64,000 nt of DNA. Source: Raja brachyura. Lineage: Eukaryota. The stretch lies in the NCBI GenBank assembly GCA_963514005.1, contig OY740807.1:17546001-17610000 (forward strand), given 5' to 3'. The notes beneath the pieces were generated by a model. That model made no database searches and was not told the origin of the DNA. It saw only the letters and a program-made list of their open reading frames with translations. Made by a program: the position numbers and the translations under genes. Position 1 is the first letter of the stretch; the number at the start of each line of letters is the position of its first letter. Shown in pieces: positions 37,101 to 52,100 of this stretch.

Positions 37101-40100
37101 TGCTGCACCCGCTGAGTTTCTCCAGCTTTTTGTGTAATCCTTTAGCTTGTTGTTCAGAAATCCTGATTCTTCGGCCACTGACTCACTACAGCCCAATTCC
37201 CACACTCCCTTTGATTCACAGGACCCAATTCCCTCACTTCCTTTGACTTACTGGGGCCCCGTTACACATTCCTTTGATTCACCAGGGCCCAATCCCTCAC
37301 TCCCTTTGACGCAGCAGAGCCTTGATTCCCATGTTCCCGTGAAACTCACCTGAGCCTGTTTTCCATGCTCCCTTGAACACACTAGGGCCCCATTTTCCAG
37401 GTTCCCTTTAAACCTACCCGATACACTATAATCTTTATATTACTCTAACATCTTAACAAAGATGTGAAATTGAAAATCTGTTGAATTGCCAATCGAAATG
37501 ATGTGCAATAATCCAGAAAAATTGCCAGCCTGACACCAAAATCCTGAGCATGCTGAATTAATGTTCTGAGTTTTACGATATATTTGTAAATCATGCATTG
37601 GAACTCCTAAATTCCTCGCCATTTGGACTTCTATTTAAATTTAATATTAGCTTTAATTTCAAGAGGATTGAAATAAAAGTGTGGGGATGTCTTGCTTAAT
37701 TACAGGGCCCTGGTGAAACTAAACCTGGAATATTATGTCTGAGTTTCATAGCCAAGGGGAAACTTGCCATGGTGGAACTCAGTGATGAATATACAGATGG
37801 AGTTCAGGCTTAAGCTGGATGAGCAGAAATTAGAACATTGAACAGTAAAGCGCAGGAACAGATACTTTGACAATGAACCCCGATGTTCCAGAGAAAACAA
37901 CGAATCTTCCTAATGAAGGCAGGCATACCACATACCTTCATGATACCAAGTTATCTCCTCTGCCTACATGTGATCCATATCTCTCCATTCTCTGCATATC
38001 CACATGCCTATCTAAAAGCCTCTTAATCGTCACTTTTATATCTGCCTTCACCACCCCTGGCAGCACAACACAGGCACCCACCATTTTCTGTGTAAAAATC
38101 TTACCCTGTACATCTCCTTTGAACTTTGCCCCTCTCACCTTAAAGCTATGCCCTCTAGTCCTTGACATTTTGATTGTGGGGAAAGGGTTCTGATTGTCTA
38201 TCCCATGTATGCTTCTCATAATTTTAATGTACTTCCATCAGGTCTAGCCTCAAACTCTGACGTTCCAGAGAAAGCAATGAATCTTCCTGATGAAGGCAGG
38301 CATACCACATACCTTCTTTACCACTATTTACTTGTATGTCACTTTCAGGGAGCAAGCATTAGAAAAACAAGGAATGTGCTCTCCATTGTATGGCAGAATG
38401 CAAGGTAGTCTCTGAATCAATGAGTGATGTGACAAGATAGATGCAGAGATATTTCCCATGGCAAGGGTATCAGTATAAGGATTCAGTCTCATATGTAGTT
38501 GGATATTCCGAGCAGATATGCAAAAATATCACCTAAGGCATGGTGAATCTCCAGAATTTTCTCCACAAAAGGGTTATGGAAGCTCCGCCACCGGGTTTAT
38601 TCACCAGTGAGAAGAACGTGGAAGCTGGAGATGGGAGTGAAATACTAGTATTCTGGAGCATGTCTGTATCAGAAGGACAGGAATATTGGAGCTACATCAG
38701 TGGAAAATTCCCTAGAACATGATAAAATCTATCTCAGGATACAAAGGGAAGAAAAGGGGATGGGAGGTTGCTTGGGAACTGATGGAAAATTTTGAAACTT
38801 CATTTGCCATGGATTAAGTACCTGAACACTGCAGGGAAGCTCATATTGTCTCTATTCAAGAGAGGCAGTGGAAATAAGCTTGGAAATTACAGGGAGCATC
38901 ACATGTAGGTAGGGAAACTGAAAAAATGCTGAGGAACAGGATTTATGTTCATTTGAAAAGGCTGGGACTGATTATGAGTTAGAACGACTTTCTGCAGAGA
39001 ATATCATGTCTCACAAATCCGTGTATTTTGAGGAGGTAACTAAAAAAAAAATCAAGGAAGGCAGAGCAATAGACATGTTTAAGGCTTTTGACAAAATCCT
39101 GCATAGTAGGCTCTCAGAAGGTTAAGGCACAAGAGATCCAAGGTGTGTTGACAAAATGGATAAAAAATTGGTTTGGTGATAGAATGCAGAGGGCATCGCT
39201 GGATGGATGTCTTTCTGACTGGAAACCCTTAATACGAGGCCAACCTAACAGAACTGGCAGAGTTTTCACCAGAAGAACAGCAACAGCTCGAGAAGATGCT
39301 CACCATCACTTTCCTAAAGGTGACTAGGGATGAGCATTAAATGGTGGGCTTGCTTGTGACATCTACATTGGGGAATGATTAAAGAAACAGTACAACTGCT
39401 TACAATATGCCACCTTCGTGTGTGGCTGCATCAGGCGGAGTGTAGAGCCAAGGCACGTGGGCACCAAGTGTCACTACCTGCTGAGGTTCTACCTGTCCCC
39501 GGTGTTGCGAAGGATGGGCCTGGCGCAGATGCCACGCAATGTGCCAGTCAGGTGGTCACTGCCGCCCCATCTGTCGTCTGTGGAAAGGTTCTTCCGGACC
39601 AACACCTTTGACCACATGTCCATTGGGCAGTGGTCAGCACAGAATGTCCTGCAGGTACTGCAGGGAAAGGACTCGATGGACCCGGTGGCGTGGTTCCCTG
39701 AGCAGACTGCCCAGCTTGTCTGGCAAAATGCCTCATCGCCAGAACTCACCAACAAGCACCAAGACCTGGCTTGGCTGGCGGTGAGGGGAGCCCTCCCAGT
39801 CAGATCCTTCCTGCACCATCGGAACCTCACTACCAGCGCACGCTGCCCTCGGGACGGCTGCTATGGAGTGGAGACGGTTGCCCACCTCTTTGCAGAGTGT
39901 GGATTTGCCCAAAGAGTCTGGAGGAAAATGCAAGGGTCCCTGGTACGCTTTATTCCAAACAGCTCTGTCACAGAGGACTCTGTGATTTACGGACTGTTCC
40001 CAGGGACACATTCAGAGACTGACATCAAGTGCTGCTGGAAGGTTATCAACTCGGTGAAAGACGCTCTCTTGTCTGCCCGAGCTTTGTTCACCACCCAGCA

Positions 40101-43100
40101 GAGCGAGATGTCCGTCGGGGAATGTTGCCGACTGGCCCACTGCAGACTGCAGGAGTACGTACTAAGGGACGCACTGAAGCTCGGTGCAGCCAACGCCAAG
40201 GCTCGGTGGGGGAGGGCCACAGTCTAAGGTCCTTCCGCTGCTGGACATGGGGGGCACTGTATGGTGGAGACGCCCCTCAAAATAAGGGAAGGTATCCCAT
40301 GCCGGGGGGCCACATGAGTGGCACGGGTGGGGGATTAATTAGTAAAATTTGAAAATGTATATAGACTGCATGGAAGAATTTGTATAGCCTCCGAAAATGT
40401 CGGATGGATTTTTCGCACGGTTGATGTATTGTAAATATTTATTACTTGAATAAAGTCTATTTTGAAATATTAAAAAAAATATATTCCTTTTAAGTAATAA
40501 GGTGACAACATTTTAATTCAGAGATCACCTACAACAATCCTATCTAATAGCCTGACATACTGCTTGGTACGTTCAATATTGGTCAGAGGCAGCAAATGAG
40601 GCATGGTAATTGATGCGATTATTTAAAATACTGATAAAGGAGAATGGAAAAAAATCACACTATTGCAATAACTATGTAGTATGCCATTGTCCAATCATGT
40701 AATACACGTCTACAAACTGCTGCAGCAATGCCATAAATGTACCTATCATTACGGCATCATAGTATGAATTGGTGAAATTCTCATCATTCTACAGTGATAG
40801 TCAGTTCTATCCAACAGGAACAGATACCTCACCTTCTGGTTATTGTTGAGCCTAACTGAACTTCTATTCCACAGATTGGGGTCAGCACAAACCTATTTCC
40901 CCAAAGTCTATTGCTACCTTTACACTTTTTATCATTGTAGTGAGAGACTGCAGTAACTACCTCGTACTTAGGTTAAGGAGGAGAATGGGCCTGGCAAGAA
41001 CCCATTGGGAGAGTCGCCGTTGTTGCTTTCGAGGGAGAATGGTGGAATACGAACATCGAGGAGACTCCGGTTGGTGCTCTCAAAGCGATAGGAACCCCTG
41101 TGGAATGCAGAGACAAGATCAGTCTCCGGAAATGGCCCCCCAACAACTGATTATAGTATCTATGGAAGCAAGGCTAGGAAAGTGGGAAGGGAGGGGGTTA
41201 GCTGGGATAAAATCTAAAGGGAAGGTTTATTCATAGACTCTTGTGAGTACAGTACCCATGGACATGCTCTTATTAACACATTCCAAATCAGTCTTTCTGA
41301 GAACTAATGCGTTGTTTGTAATGTAATAAAATACCCTCGACGTCTCTCAGAAGTTTGAGCAAACATGATTAGGACACTGATCCTAGGGAGATATCAGAGA
41401 ATCACAAAATGTTTGCAATCCCCACATATTGCACTTGAGACTCAAGGGAGGGTTCCCTGTCTGCCCTGAGCTCAGCCACGCTGGGAAGTGTGGGGCTGGA
41501 AGGGAAAGTCTAACACAGACCTTCAACTGCAGCAAGCCTCCTGGAAAGGAGAAGCAAGCTCAATGGGTGACCGTAGCATACACAAAGTATGTTTTTTTGA
41601 CTTAGTAAAGCATAAGCAGGCAATCAGTGACCTAGACAACTCCCTATATGGGCTCCAGGAGCTGGGTAATGGGGGTGGGGGGGAAGAGAAATCCTAAGGG
41701 CAGAAATTGCTGAGTCCCAAGACATAGGTCTCTAAAGCAATCCCCAGTGGAAATCATAATTACTGAAATTTACAGCTCTGACAGAGGTCATTCAGCCCAT
41801 TGTATTCTTGCTGGCCAAGAGTCACTGGATTTTGTGACGCATTTCCTAACTCTCGGTCAGTGACCCAGCAGGTTGTGACTGTCATCAAGGAGTGTGGTCC
41901 CCCTCACCATATCAGCAACTCAGAACACTTCAATAAATAAACAAATCTCTGCGTGCAAAACACAAATTGCTGAAGTAACTCAGTAGGTCACGCAGCATCT
42001 CTGGAGGGAATGGACGGTAACATTTCCGGTCGGGAGCCCTTCTTCAGACTCTGCATGCCATTCTCCCTCCTCCAACTCCTCTCATGAACGTTGTCACTTA
42101 CCTCCAGTAAAGGGACATAGGTAACTGCTATGGTAACTGCTATCTTTACTACCAAGAAAAACAAACAGTTTCTCATCAATTATAATTTCCATCTTGGAAC
42201 CATCCTCTGCACCTCTCTGGTGCTGTCACATCCTTCCCACTGACGTTGTTGGCCAATTGATGACAGTGCCAGTGAGATCGAGCTGCTCCAGCGTGCAGTA
42301 TCTTGCACTGAATCCCATCTGCTGATCTGCACACCAGTCCCACTGATCTCCTCTACAGCCCAAAACGTTTCTCCTCAGTACCAACTGCACCACTTATTCT
42401 GGTAGCTGAAACGAACATCTTGATTATGACCACTATATCCAAGTCCAATGCACTACAAAAATACAAATGAGTGGACTCTATGGAAGCCCATTACTTACAG
42501 CCCCCTGATCACTAAAACCCTTTATCATCTATTATCTTTGCTTTCGGCCACCAAATTCATTTTTAAACCAAGACGATTTTTCAACCAGATCCCATCGACC
42601 TTCCCTTTGATGATCAGACTGCTGTGTCGACTCTACCAAACATCACGCTAAGATCCACACAAAGGCAAACGCATCCATATTCGATTTATGCCACCCCTTG
42701 GAATTTTATCCATCTGTTACCCACCACCATTGGCAGCCCAACAGACCCACAGTTACACAGTTGTCCCCTTTCTCTTGTTAAACAATGGTATTGCATAACT
42801 ACATTCCAGCCATTCAGTAAATCCCCTCCCTGCTCTTAATCCTCATGCACATTCACCAGATTAATTTTGAGTAAGATTTGGCTGAATCCCATGGACAGCT
42901 GGGAATAAATCCACCAGAGAGCACTGAAGTGGTTAGGAATAATTGGGTTGTGAAAATTAGGCTGGATTATATGGGAAGCCCAATTCGCATATTGAAGATT
43001 ACAAGGTCATGGAGGGAAATGCCAGAACATAACTAATATTTCATACATCTTGTATTCAAAGACTGAGCATGAAAATCTCAAGTGAAATTTAAAGAGCAGA

Positions 43101-46100
43101 ATTTTAAGAAATGCACAAAATCAGTCGAACGATTGACAAAAAATAGATCTCATGAGCTGACAAAGATACCAAAAATGAGTAGGAGCCAGTTATGTACTGC
43201 AGAGGAAGCATCATCGCTGCAAACATAAGTTCCTTATCACCTGGACAGGCTATATCCAGCAGCCTGTGTGCATGGTAGATTCATTCACTATCTGTGCATT
43301 TGCTACAATGCATTCACATCATTGAAGTCAGTGGCTGCCACCCTCAACAGAAGACTCTGCTAGGGGAAGGAAGGGTTGGATTTAGCAATATAACAGATGG
43401 CATGCGAGCCTGTGATCTAGCATAAAACTGGCACCAGCCCATTGGAGCCATGAAGTCCATGGAAGCCCATTGGAGCTTTAGATTTACCATGGACTTTTAA
43501 GACAGCAACAAATCTCACAGGCCAACGCCAGCAGCAAGCTGAGCTTTGTAGTTTACTTCCGAGACACCAACTGTGGATGGGACTCCATTATGCTTTTGGT
43601 CTATTCCTATTTAAGAAAGTCTCCCTCTCGGGCTCAAACTCAAGGCCGCCAAAAGATAGGGCAGAGAAATAGCACCAGCTAATGACATAGCAGGCAACCT
43701 TCCAACTTCTAAACCAATTTGTTTCTATTTTTAAAAACTCCTGCTTATTAGCTTATGACAACACCAGTGTACTTTCCTAATTTAGTTTAGTTTAGAGATA
43801 AACTAGATTAAACTAAACTAAATTTAGTTTAGTTTAGTTTAGCGGAAACAGGTCTGTCGGCCCACCGGGTCCGCGCCGACAAGCGATCCTCGCATATTAA
43901 CACTATTATTAACACTATCCTACACACACACACACGGGAACATTTTTACATTTCCCAAGCCAATTAACCTAGATACCTGTACGTCTTTGGAGTGTGAGAG
44001 GAAACCGAAGATCTCGGAGAAAACCCACGTAGGCAACTTTTGTACCAACAACTTTAGAAAAATGTGATAATTCTTGCAACATAAATTTTAAAAGCTAGAT
44101 CACAGATAAAAGTGCAGGACCTTAAGGTATTCAGGGATGGGAAACAGAATATATGTACAGTTTGGGATGAAGTGAGTGGTGCAGTGAGATGCAGTCAAAG
44201 GTACGAAAGTCAAGAATGCAGATCAGACATGGATGAGATCAGGCATATGAGAGTTTAAATTGCATCTATGTTAAAGCGTGGAGTCTGACTGGTAAAGCAG
44301 TTAAACTTAAGGAGTATTGCCCAACAACTGGAAGTATGATAGTTGCTATTACAGAGGCATGCATGGTTGAAATACAGGCAGGACCGGTAGCTCAACATTC
44401 CAAGCTGTAAAATCCTCACGCATGAAAGGACAACATGCAATGGAGGTAGTAGTGTAATGTTGATTAGGGAATCCACTATTGAAAAAAAATAAATGAGGGA
44501 GGATATCTCAATGCCAGGTAGATGGACCTTGTGTGTTGTGACCATTGGCAGACCAATTTCCCTCCGGGGTGAATAAAAATAGGAATGAATAATCTGCTGG
44601 GAGTAGACAACAGGCCTTGTAACAGCACCCAGAAGATAGAGCAGACATGTTGACAGATAAAAGAGAAATGCAAGCGTAATAGTGCCATAATAATAGGGGA
44701 TTTCAATATGCCCAAAATTAAATGGGATGGCTTTAGTGTGAAGTAAGTAGCAGGGGTGGAATTTTTAAGTGCATCCATGCAAGCTGTTTGAGGCAGTACT
44801 TAGACGGAAAAAGGGCAAAACCTGACCTAATATCAGTGACTGTCGATGGCAGGTGGTCAAAGTGTCAGTAAGAGAGCATTTTGCAGGTTGAGTCAATGTG
44901 TCTTTAAGTTTCAAGGTAGTTATGGAAAGGGCCTTGGAAGAGGATGGTTTGGGGAAAAAAAGGGTCCTGAAATGGAAGAGTTCAATTCAATAGCACACCA
45001 CCTGACAAAAGTAGCTTGGGAACAGTTACATAAAGGCAGTTTTATATCTGACAAGTAGTTATTCAAAAGGGAAATTGTAGGAGAGTTCAGGGCCAGCATG
45101 TTGCTATTAGGGAAGTCATGGAACTCAGGGTGGCTGGACAAAAAAAAAGCATATGGCAGGCACAGAGAACTGAAAATAGGGAACAACATTCAGGAGTACA
45201 GAAATTGTAGTGGGGTATTAAAAAGAGACATTAGGAGAGAAAAGAGAGGGTGTGAAATATCACTGATGGACATGATAACAGAAGACCCCAAAGCAGATTT
45301 TAAGTAATATTTAGGGGAAAAGAATAATCATAAAATTAGATATAAAAACAGCAATCTGTATGTGTGGAGCCAGAGGAAGGAAGCAAGGTATTAAATTAAT
45401 GCTTCCCACGTATATTACCAGGGAATTGTAGTTGGGGGATTCAGTGAGAGGGATGGTAAAATTCTGGAACATGTTATCATTAAAGACAACAAGATGTGTC
45501 CCAGGTTGCTATGGGAGGTAGGGAGGAAGGGCCCAAACAAATATTTAAATCTTCATTGGCCGCAGGGTAGGAGACAAGATGACTGGAGGTTAGGAAATTT
45601 GGTACTTTTACGCAAGAAGAGCAACCTGGATATATCTGATAAATATAGACCAGCAAGTCCAATGGCAGGTTATTGGAAATAGTTCTAATGAACATGATTA
45701 ATCTGCAGTTAAATAGGCAGGGATCAATGATAGGTAGTCAGTATGGCTTTAATAAAGGGAAAATCCCATCTGAATAATTTGACTGCAATTTTCAGAGATA
45801 ACAAAATATATTGGTGGGCAATGACAAATGGAACTTCAGCAAGACATGGGAAACTGTCCCCAATGGTTAAAGCTCATGGGATCCAAGATAAAATTGATCA
45901 AAAAACTGGCTTTATAATAGGTGGCAGAAGGTGATGAAGAAGGTCTGCGTCTGTATTTGGAAGCTTGAGACCCGTGGGATACCCTACGGATCAACACTGG
46001 GACCCTTACTGTATGTTTTATACATTTAATAATTTGAACGCAAATGCTGGAGTTAGCAAGTTTGCCGATGACAGGAAAATTAGCAAAGATTTTTATAATG

Positions 46101-49100
46101 AGAGGATGGTCACACAATACAAGATAATACTGTTCAGCTGTTAAACTGCAAAATAATGGTATATGGAATTTAATTTGATTGATATAAAAATTCATTCAGA
46201 ATGGCAACAAGCTCCTCACCCACTGAGTCCAAGCTGATCAGCGATTCCTCAATCACACTAGATTCGCGTTATTCCACTTTCACACCAGTCCCTACACACC
46301 AGTGTCAATTTAGAGGCCAATTAACCTTCAACTCGCCAAGTCTTTGGAATGTGGGAGGAAACCCCAATGATCACAGGGAAAACATGTAAACTCCAGACAG
46401 CACCCGAGGTCAGGATCAAACCACGTCTCTGGTGCTGTGTCATAGATGCTCCAAACTGCTCTTAACTGCTTTCAGAAATGGCCACAGCGGAAGGGCAATA
46501 AGTGCCAGCTATGCAAGCTACACTCACATCCTGCAGAAGAACAAGGATTAAAAAATATACATCAGCCTGGACAATCACTCCAAGAGACAGAAGCCAGAAC
46601 GGAAAAGCAGCAGAGAAGCACGTCAGGCAGCAGACAAAAGTCTGTCAGTACCTTTAATCAAAAAGCAGAGTCAGCAGTCACGTAACCACCTCAAAACTAA
46701 TGACCTCGCCCAGCCTGCAAGCATAGTTGAATTCATGATCAGTGAATTAGATCGCTAAATAAAACATCGGCCTCCTTTGTGAGCAGTGCACGGATGTCCT
46801 TATACTTCAGTTAGTTTTGGCCTTCAAACAACAAATTGATAATCAGCACATATGAACACATGAATAAAGAGCACAAGTAGGACGCTATCCCCCTCAGGCC
46901 AGCTCAATCATTCAACCAGACGATGCTGTGATAGTAACCTCAGTACCACATTTCTGTCTACACTTGGCAACCTCTCACCCTCTTGCCTATTATCTATCTA
47001 TCTATCCACTTAGTCACAAAAAGTGACCACATAATTAACAGCTACAACAAATGCATGCTAATTTTGCCCACTGAATATGTCTCTGGGATAGTTCCGTTTT
47101 GACACTGGGGCTCCCATGCCTTCCTGGCTGGACCTCTACTTCAATAGTGACTAACTGTAAACCCTGGTGAAAGATAGTGGGAGGAAGTTTGAAAATCTAT
47201 TTTTTTTTAAAATTAAAAATAACAAAACAGAAAATGCTGAGGATCTTCAACCTGAAACATTACCTCACTTACTTGTACTGTTAAAGCAGAGATTTGAACC
47301 TCAAACTTTGGTTCACAGTAAGCAAGCTTCAGCAGCTTTAAACAAAATCACATGGCTTTCCATGCTGGTAAGGGGAGTAAAAATGCCTGACAAGATTGTC
47401 AATTATTACAATGTTAGATGTTGTTTGGTTTGAGCAGTAAGTAGTGGTGAAGAAACGACAGCATGACACCTGGTCAGGAAGAGGTATACATTTGTTTCAG
47501 GCTTCAGGATACTAGCAGGCAGCAGGAAATTAAAAATAGATATCTCTAAAGTTAAGTCAAAGCATTCCACTGCGGTTACAAACGCCCAGAGAAATAGTAT
47601 TCCTTATGTGTTTCTGTTGTTCCGAAAGTGCACACAAAAACAAGGGACAGGCCATAACCCTCTGATGGTGCTCCCTGGATATGCACAAATTTACACACAC
47701 ATTTACACTTACACAAAAACACACCCACACGGCAATGCCCCTTCAGTGATTAGTACAAGAACCTTGGCTGATTTTGCTGCTAGATAATCCGACAATTGTA
47801 TCAACCTTGCTCCAATCATCCTGGCAAATACAAGTGCTAGATAGAGCAGGGACCTTTGCATTTGTATGTCTGTAACACACAGATTACCTGCTGTGCCACA
47901 CAGAGGGTCTATATTTGTGCAAATAGACAAACTCCATTCCAAATGGTTTTATTTTATAGAAACCAGGCAATGCAGCAAACAGTGAGGCAATCACAAAGCT
48001 GGATGTAACTGCAGCAACGGGCTTACTCACCACATGTGACCACTGGGTGCCTGCAGTGAGACGTGGCTGCTGTACTGAAATGCAGGCTGCTCCTTCGATA
48101 GAACCGGCTCCTAAACAGAGAGAATGGAAAATAAAATACATTTACCTTTTAATCAGAAAGTACAAAGAAGAGGGAATAGAGTGGAGTATGGGTTTTATGA
48201 GCTGAAGTTAATGAAGGACATGAATATTCAGCGTTTCTGTTAGCACTTGCTTTCAGTTTAAATTAAGTTCTCAGTGCCTGAGGCCTAATAGCAGTGCAGT
48301 CAAGGTCACCCTAGGTACAATGTCATTGAGCTGGAAAGGGTGTAAAAGAGATTCACGTGATTGGGACTGGAGGGTATGAGTTATAAGGTGAGCCTGGATA
48401 GGCTACTGATTTTTCCCCTGGTGCATTGAAGCCAAGGGGTGACCTTATGGAGATACATAAAATCACGAGAAGCATAGATGAGGTGAATAACGGCATTCTT
48501 GTTCCTAAGGTAGAGGACATTTTAAGGTGAGTGGTGAAAGATTTATTGGGGATCTGAGTGACAACTTTTTCCACACAGAGGGTGGGTGGTATGGGAAATG
48601 AGCTACCAAAGGTAGTGGTAGAGGCGGGTACAATTACAACGTTTGGACAGGTACATAGATAGTAAAAGTTGAGGGATATGGGCATGGGCAAATGGGACTA
48701 GCTCAGGTAGACAACTTGATCTGCAATGGATTTCAACATACAGCAACACTGTCATCACCATTAGAATTAACATGGAGAAAGCAAGAGAGATCTCAGCACA
48801 GGCAATGTGTCCTTGTCCATATTGGAGACATGAATCGCAATTTCCTGTAACAGTGATATTACAATAATGAACTCTGTTCACTATGTGTTACCTCTGTCAG
48901 CCCAATGTCTGCTGTAAAGTAGGTCCTGGAGAAATGGTTTGGGTTATTAAGCTTCAGCAAACATTTGTGAATGGAAGTATTTCATCTCATCTTCCCATTG
49001 TGATTACCTTCTAATATAGTCATCAACATTTCCTTATTTAACTTTTCCATTCATTTTAGAATTGGAAACTGATCAGATCTCCCTTTCAACTTCACTCCCG

Positions 49101-52100
49101 AGTGTTCTCCATCTTACAGCACAGCTCTAATATACTCTGTCAAGAGTTCCACTGAATCTGACCAGCAATGTTTCTCCAGTCCTCAAGGCCATGCTTCGGG
49201 AGCACAAACAGGAGCCCTGTATTAGCGGTAGAATAATTACACCATCTTACAAACTAAGAATCACCCACCCCTTCAGTCGCCTGCTGCCCCATCTAGGATG
49301 AGTTTGCTGCTCAATCATTTCAGCCACCGCACAATGCACAAAAGCACAGTGAAAATAAGTCATCCTTGATCCTAAGAAAGATACCTTTAAACGGATTATA
49401 ATAAACTAGTCCAAATTTTAGGAAGCCTCTTAAATCTCTCAAGAACAAATTAATTGTGTTATATCACATCAACTATTTGTATATTTTAATTTACTCATTT
49501 GCAGAAAGTTTGTGTACAGCTCATCTGAAATTGCCTCTGTAAAAGGTCGTGGTGGGAGTTTGATGAGTTGATTTCCTGAACTGCTGCAGTATTTCTCCTG
49601 AAGGTGGAGGAAAAGGTATTCTGAACTGAACAAGCCACACCAGCAGATACCTCCAAACACAGCATGCCTGGGAGCAGATACACAGGAGCATTAGAGGTTG
49701 GCAAGATTTCATTTATTATACCATGCCAAGTTTCTTGAAACTAGTCTGCATTATCCTTGCTGATGAAACTCTGGTAAATAAATTGCTGCCCTATGAGGCC
49801 AAGTGTTAACAAAAAACTAATTTGGAAGCAGATTTAATATCCTCATCATCATCATATAGACATGATAACTTTACCCAAGGCTTTCCTTAAGGCACTTTGC
49901 ACTGATCTCCCCTGCAGGTGAAAATAAGTACGTCTTTGTTAGCAAATCAGTTCACAACTTAGTTTGACATGCTCATTTCTAAAAATAAATTGTTCCCTGT
50001 AAACATAGTTCTTGCAATATGCATCTGTCAAGAGGATCATCAAGAACTGTTTTTGGGAGCTATGTGATAGCTGAAACATGATTATACACCTGTGTACTGA
50101 GCACTATGTGATAACAAGGCCACTGTGACTAGGCAGACAGTATATCTGCCTCGATTGTTCAGTGCTAGACTTGCTAAATCACCCATTAACACATGAATTC
50201 CATTAATAAGTGCCCCAGACACTTTGTTTACTTATATTTACATTCCTCAGGTTGCAGCAACATCAGATACACATTTCAAACTGCTTATTGCTCAAACCAA
50301 GCCCTTCTATTTTACCAGTCTTGATGAAATCCTTGGGCACACCAGAGCGTTAAATGGAATGGGGAGCTTAATATAATCAAATATTGTAAAGCTTGCTTAA
50401 AGAATAAATCAAACATGATCTTAAAGAACATCACAGTCTGAAGGCTCACCACATGAAATATTACCAATTCATGTTCTCTGGAGATGCTGCCTGAAATTAT
50501 TCTTGCAATGTATTTTAAAAGAGTAAATTCTTGGGAATACTGGGGTGGTGGGGAGCGAGATGGGATCAATCAGCATCGCATGGTACTCACCCTGCCCACA
50601 ACTCCTCTTCCTCGCACTGTCTCCAGCGTCCCAGACAGGCTAAAGATCCGCCAGTGCCTTTCCCGAAGCTGTACCACTTCAGTCCCAAGGTTCTCTAGTC
50701 GGATACAGTATCGCCACTGAGGAAGGAGACAGTGAGATACAATCAGAGCCTCAAAATGAATCAGCATCAGTCCACAGACCTGTGTGTGCTCCTGTGTCAG
50801 CCGCCCTTTAAACTTCTTGCATGTTATTCCTACACTGGTATTCCACTTAGTGCTCAAGATGTTTTCCCAGGCACAAAAGTAAAACTGGAATCTGCGTTAA
50901 TAGAGGGGGGGGGGGGGGGGGTAAATTGTAGCATTGGCTGTTGAGTGTTTCTACAGAAAAATCTTCACCTGGGGGCAGCAATGCAAGGAGATGGGAAGCA
51001 GCAGCATCAATCACTTCCAACAGATGGGAAACCATAGGATTCAGCAATCCATGAAAAGTTGCAGCATCGCTGCCCTTTCTAGCAATGGCTCACAGTCATT
51101 ACATTGGTTTTGTGCAGTCGAGAGCCATGGATCTCAGGGCTGAGAAGCCACATCTTTTGCCCTGCCTGCCCTACACCAGCCCTCATAGACGGTCTTCACA
51201 GCAGCTCTGTGGATCAGCCACACCAAGAAGAACATGGATGAGATCAGCATTCCAGCGCTACCACCAGATTCAGGAACTGCTTCTTCCCCAGTCATCAGAC
51301 TGCTGAATGGACTTCTCACAAGCTAAGGTGTAGCCCTGATCTCCCACCCTACCACTATGTGACCCTTGCACCCTTTCTTTTTTTGTCTGCACTTCTCAGT
51401 CGCTATAAGTTTGTATTCTGTACTCTGTTTATTTCTTCTCTTTGCACTGCATATTGTACGTGTATAGTTTGATTGTACTTGGGTACGGTATGATTTAATT
51501 GGATAGCACACAAAACAACGTTTTTCACTGTATCTCAGTACACATGACAATAAACTAATACCTACAGGAGCATCAGCACAGGGCAGGAATTTGCACAAGG
51601 CTCCCGCATAGCGCAGGATCAAATCTCCCTAACGTATAGGACCAATGTAGTAATTCAGCAATCTACAGGATAGTGGCAGTCATAGTACCAAGATATTGAA
51701 TTGCTGGATTCATCAAAGTACGATAGATTAGACCCAGGCCAGGTGACGGCAAAGCGACAATGTCAAATGTCAGCAATGTGGATAGGAACAGTGCTTGCCT
51801 CTCGTGGATCAAGACCATATGACAATTGAATGTTGAATGTGCTCTTAACCACATGGACCTCCAACAATCCCTCCCTTGACTACTCCATGTCAGACCCCCT
51901 GCGCCCTCCCAGCTCCAAAACCTCCCCTCAGAAAAAAATCTCTCACTTCCTTCCAAACAGAAAACCCCTCTCTTCCACTATTACACAAACTATCCCCCTT
52001 TAATCTTTTCTCCCCCCAGTTCCTCCCATCCCATCAGATAGTACTGTTTCATTTCTATTTCTTACTATGGCTGTGTTTGCAGTATTTGCCATGTGAATAT

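Noticed and set aside
37876-38316. ~60-bp direct repeats resembling LTRs
   Set aside because: Both are pieces of CR1 sequence (local duplication). No TG...CA ends, PBS or PPT.
42255-42330. TGATGA...CTGA, C/D snoRNA-like
   Set aside because: Antisense to the host gene, with no terminal stem or evident rRNA guide.
47273-47335. FEVQISALTVQ as a third copy of POLDIP2 exon 11
   Set aside because: Weak similarity, wrong phase relative to either acceptor, and lacks the GxFxFxRP part.
49469-49712. Minus-strand region open in all three frames with a good acceptor in POLDIP2 intron 9
   Set aside because: No similarity to POLDIP2 or other known proteins and no convincing donor. Exons 9 and 10 already join in frame.
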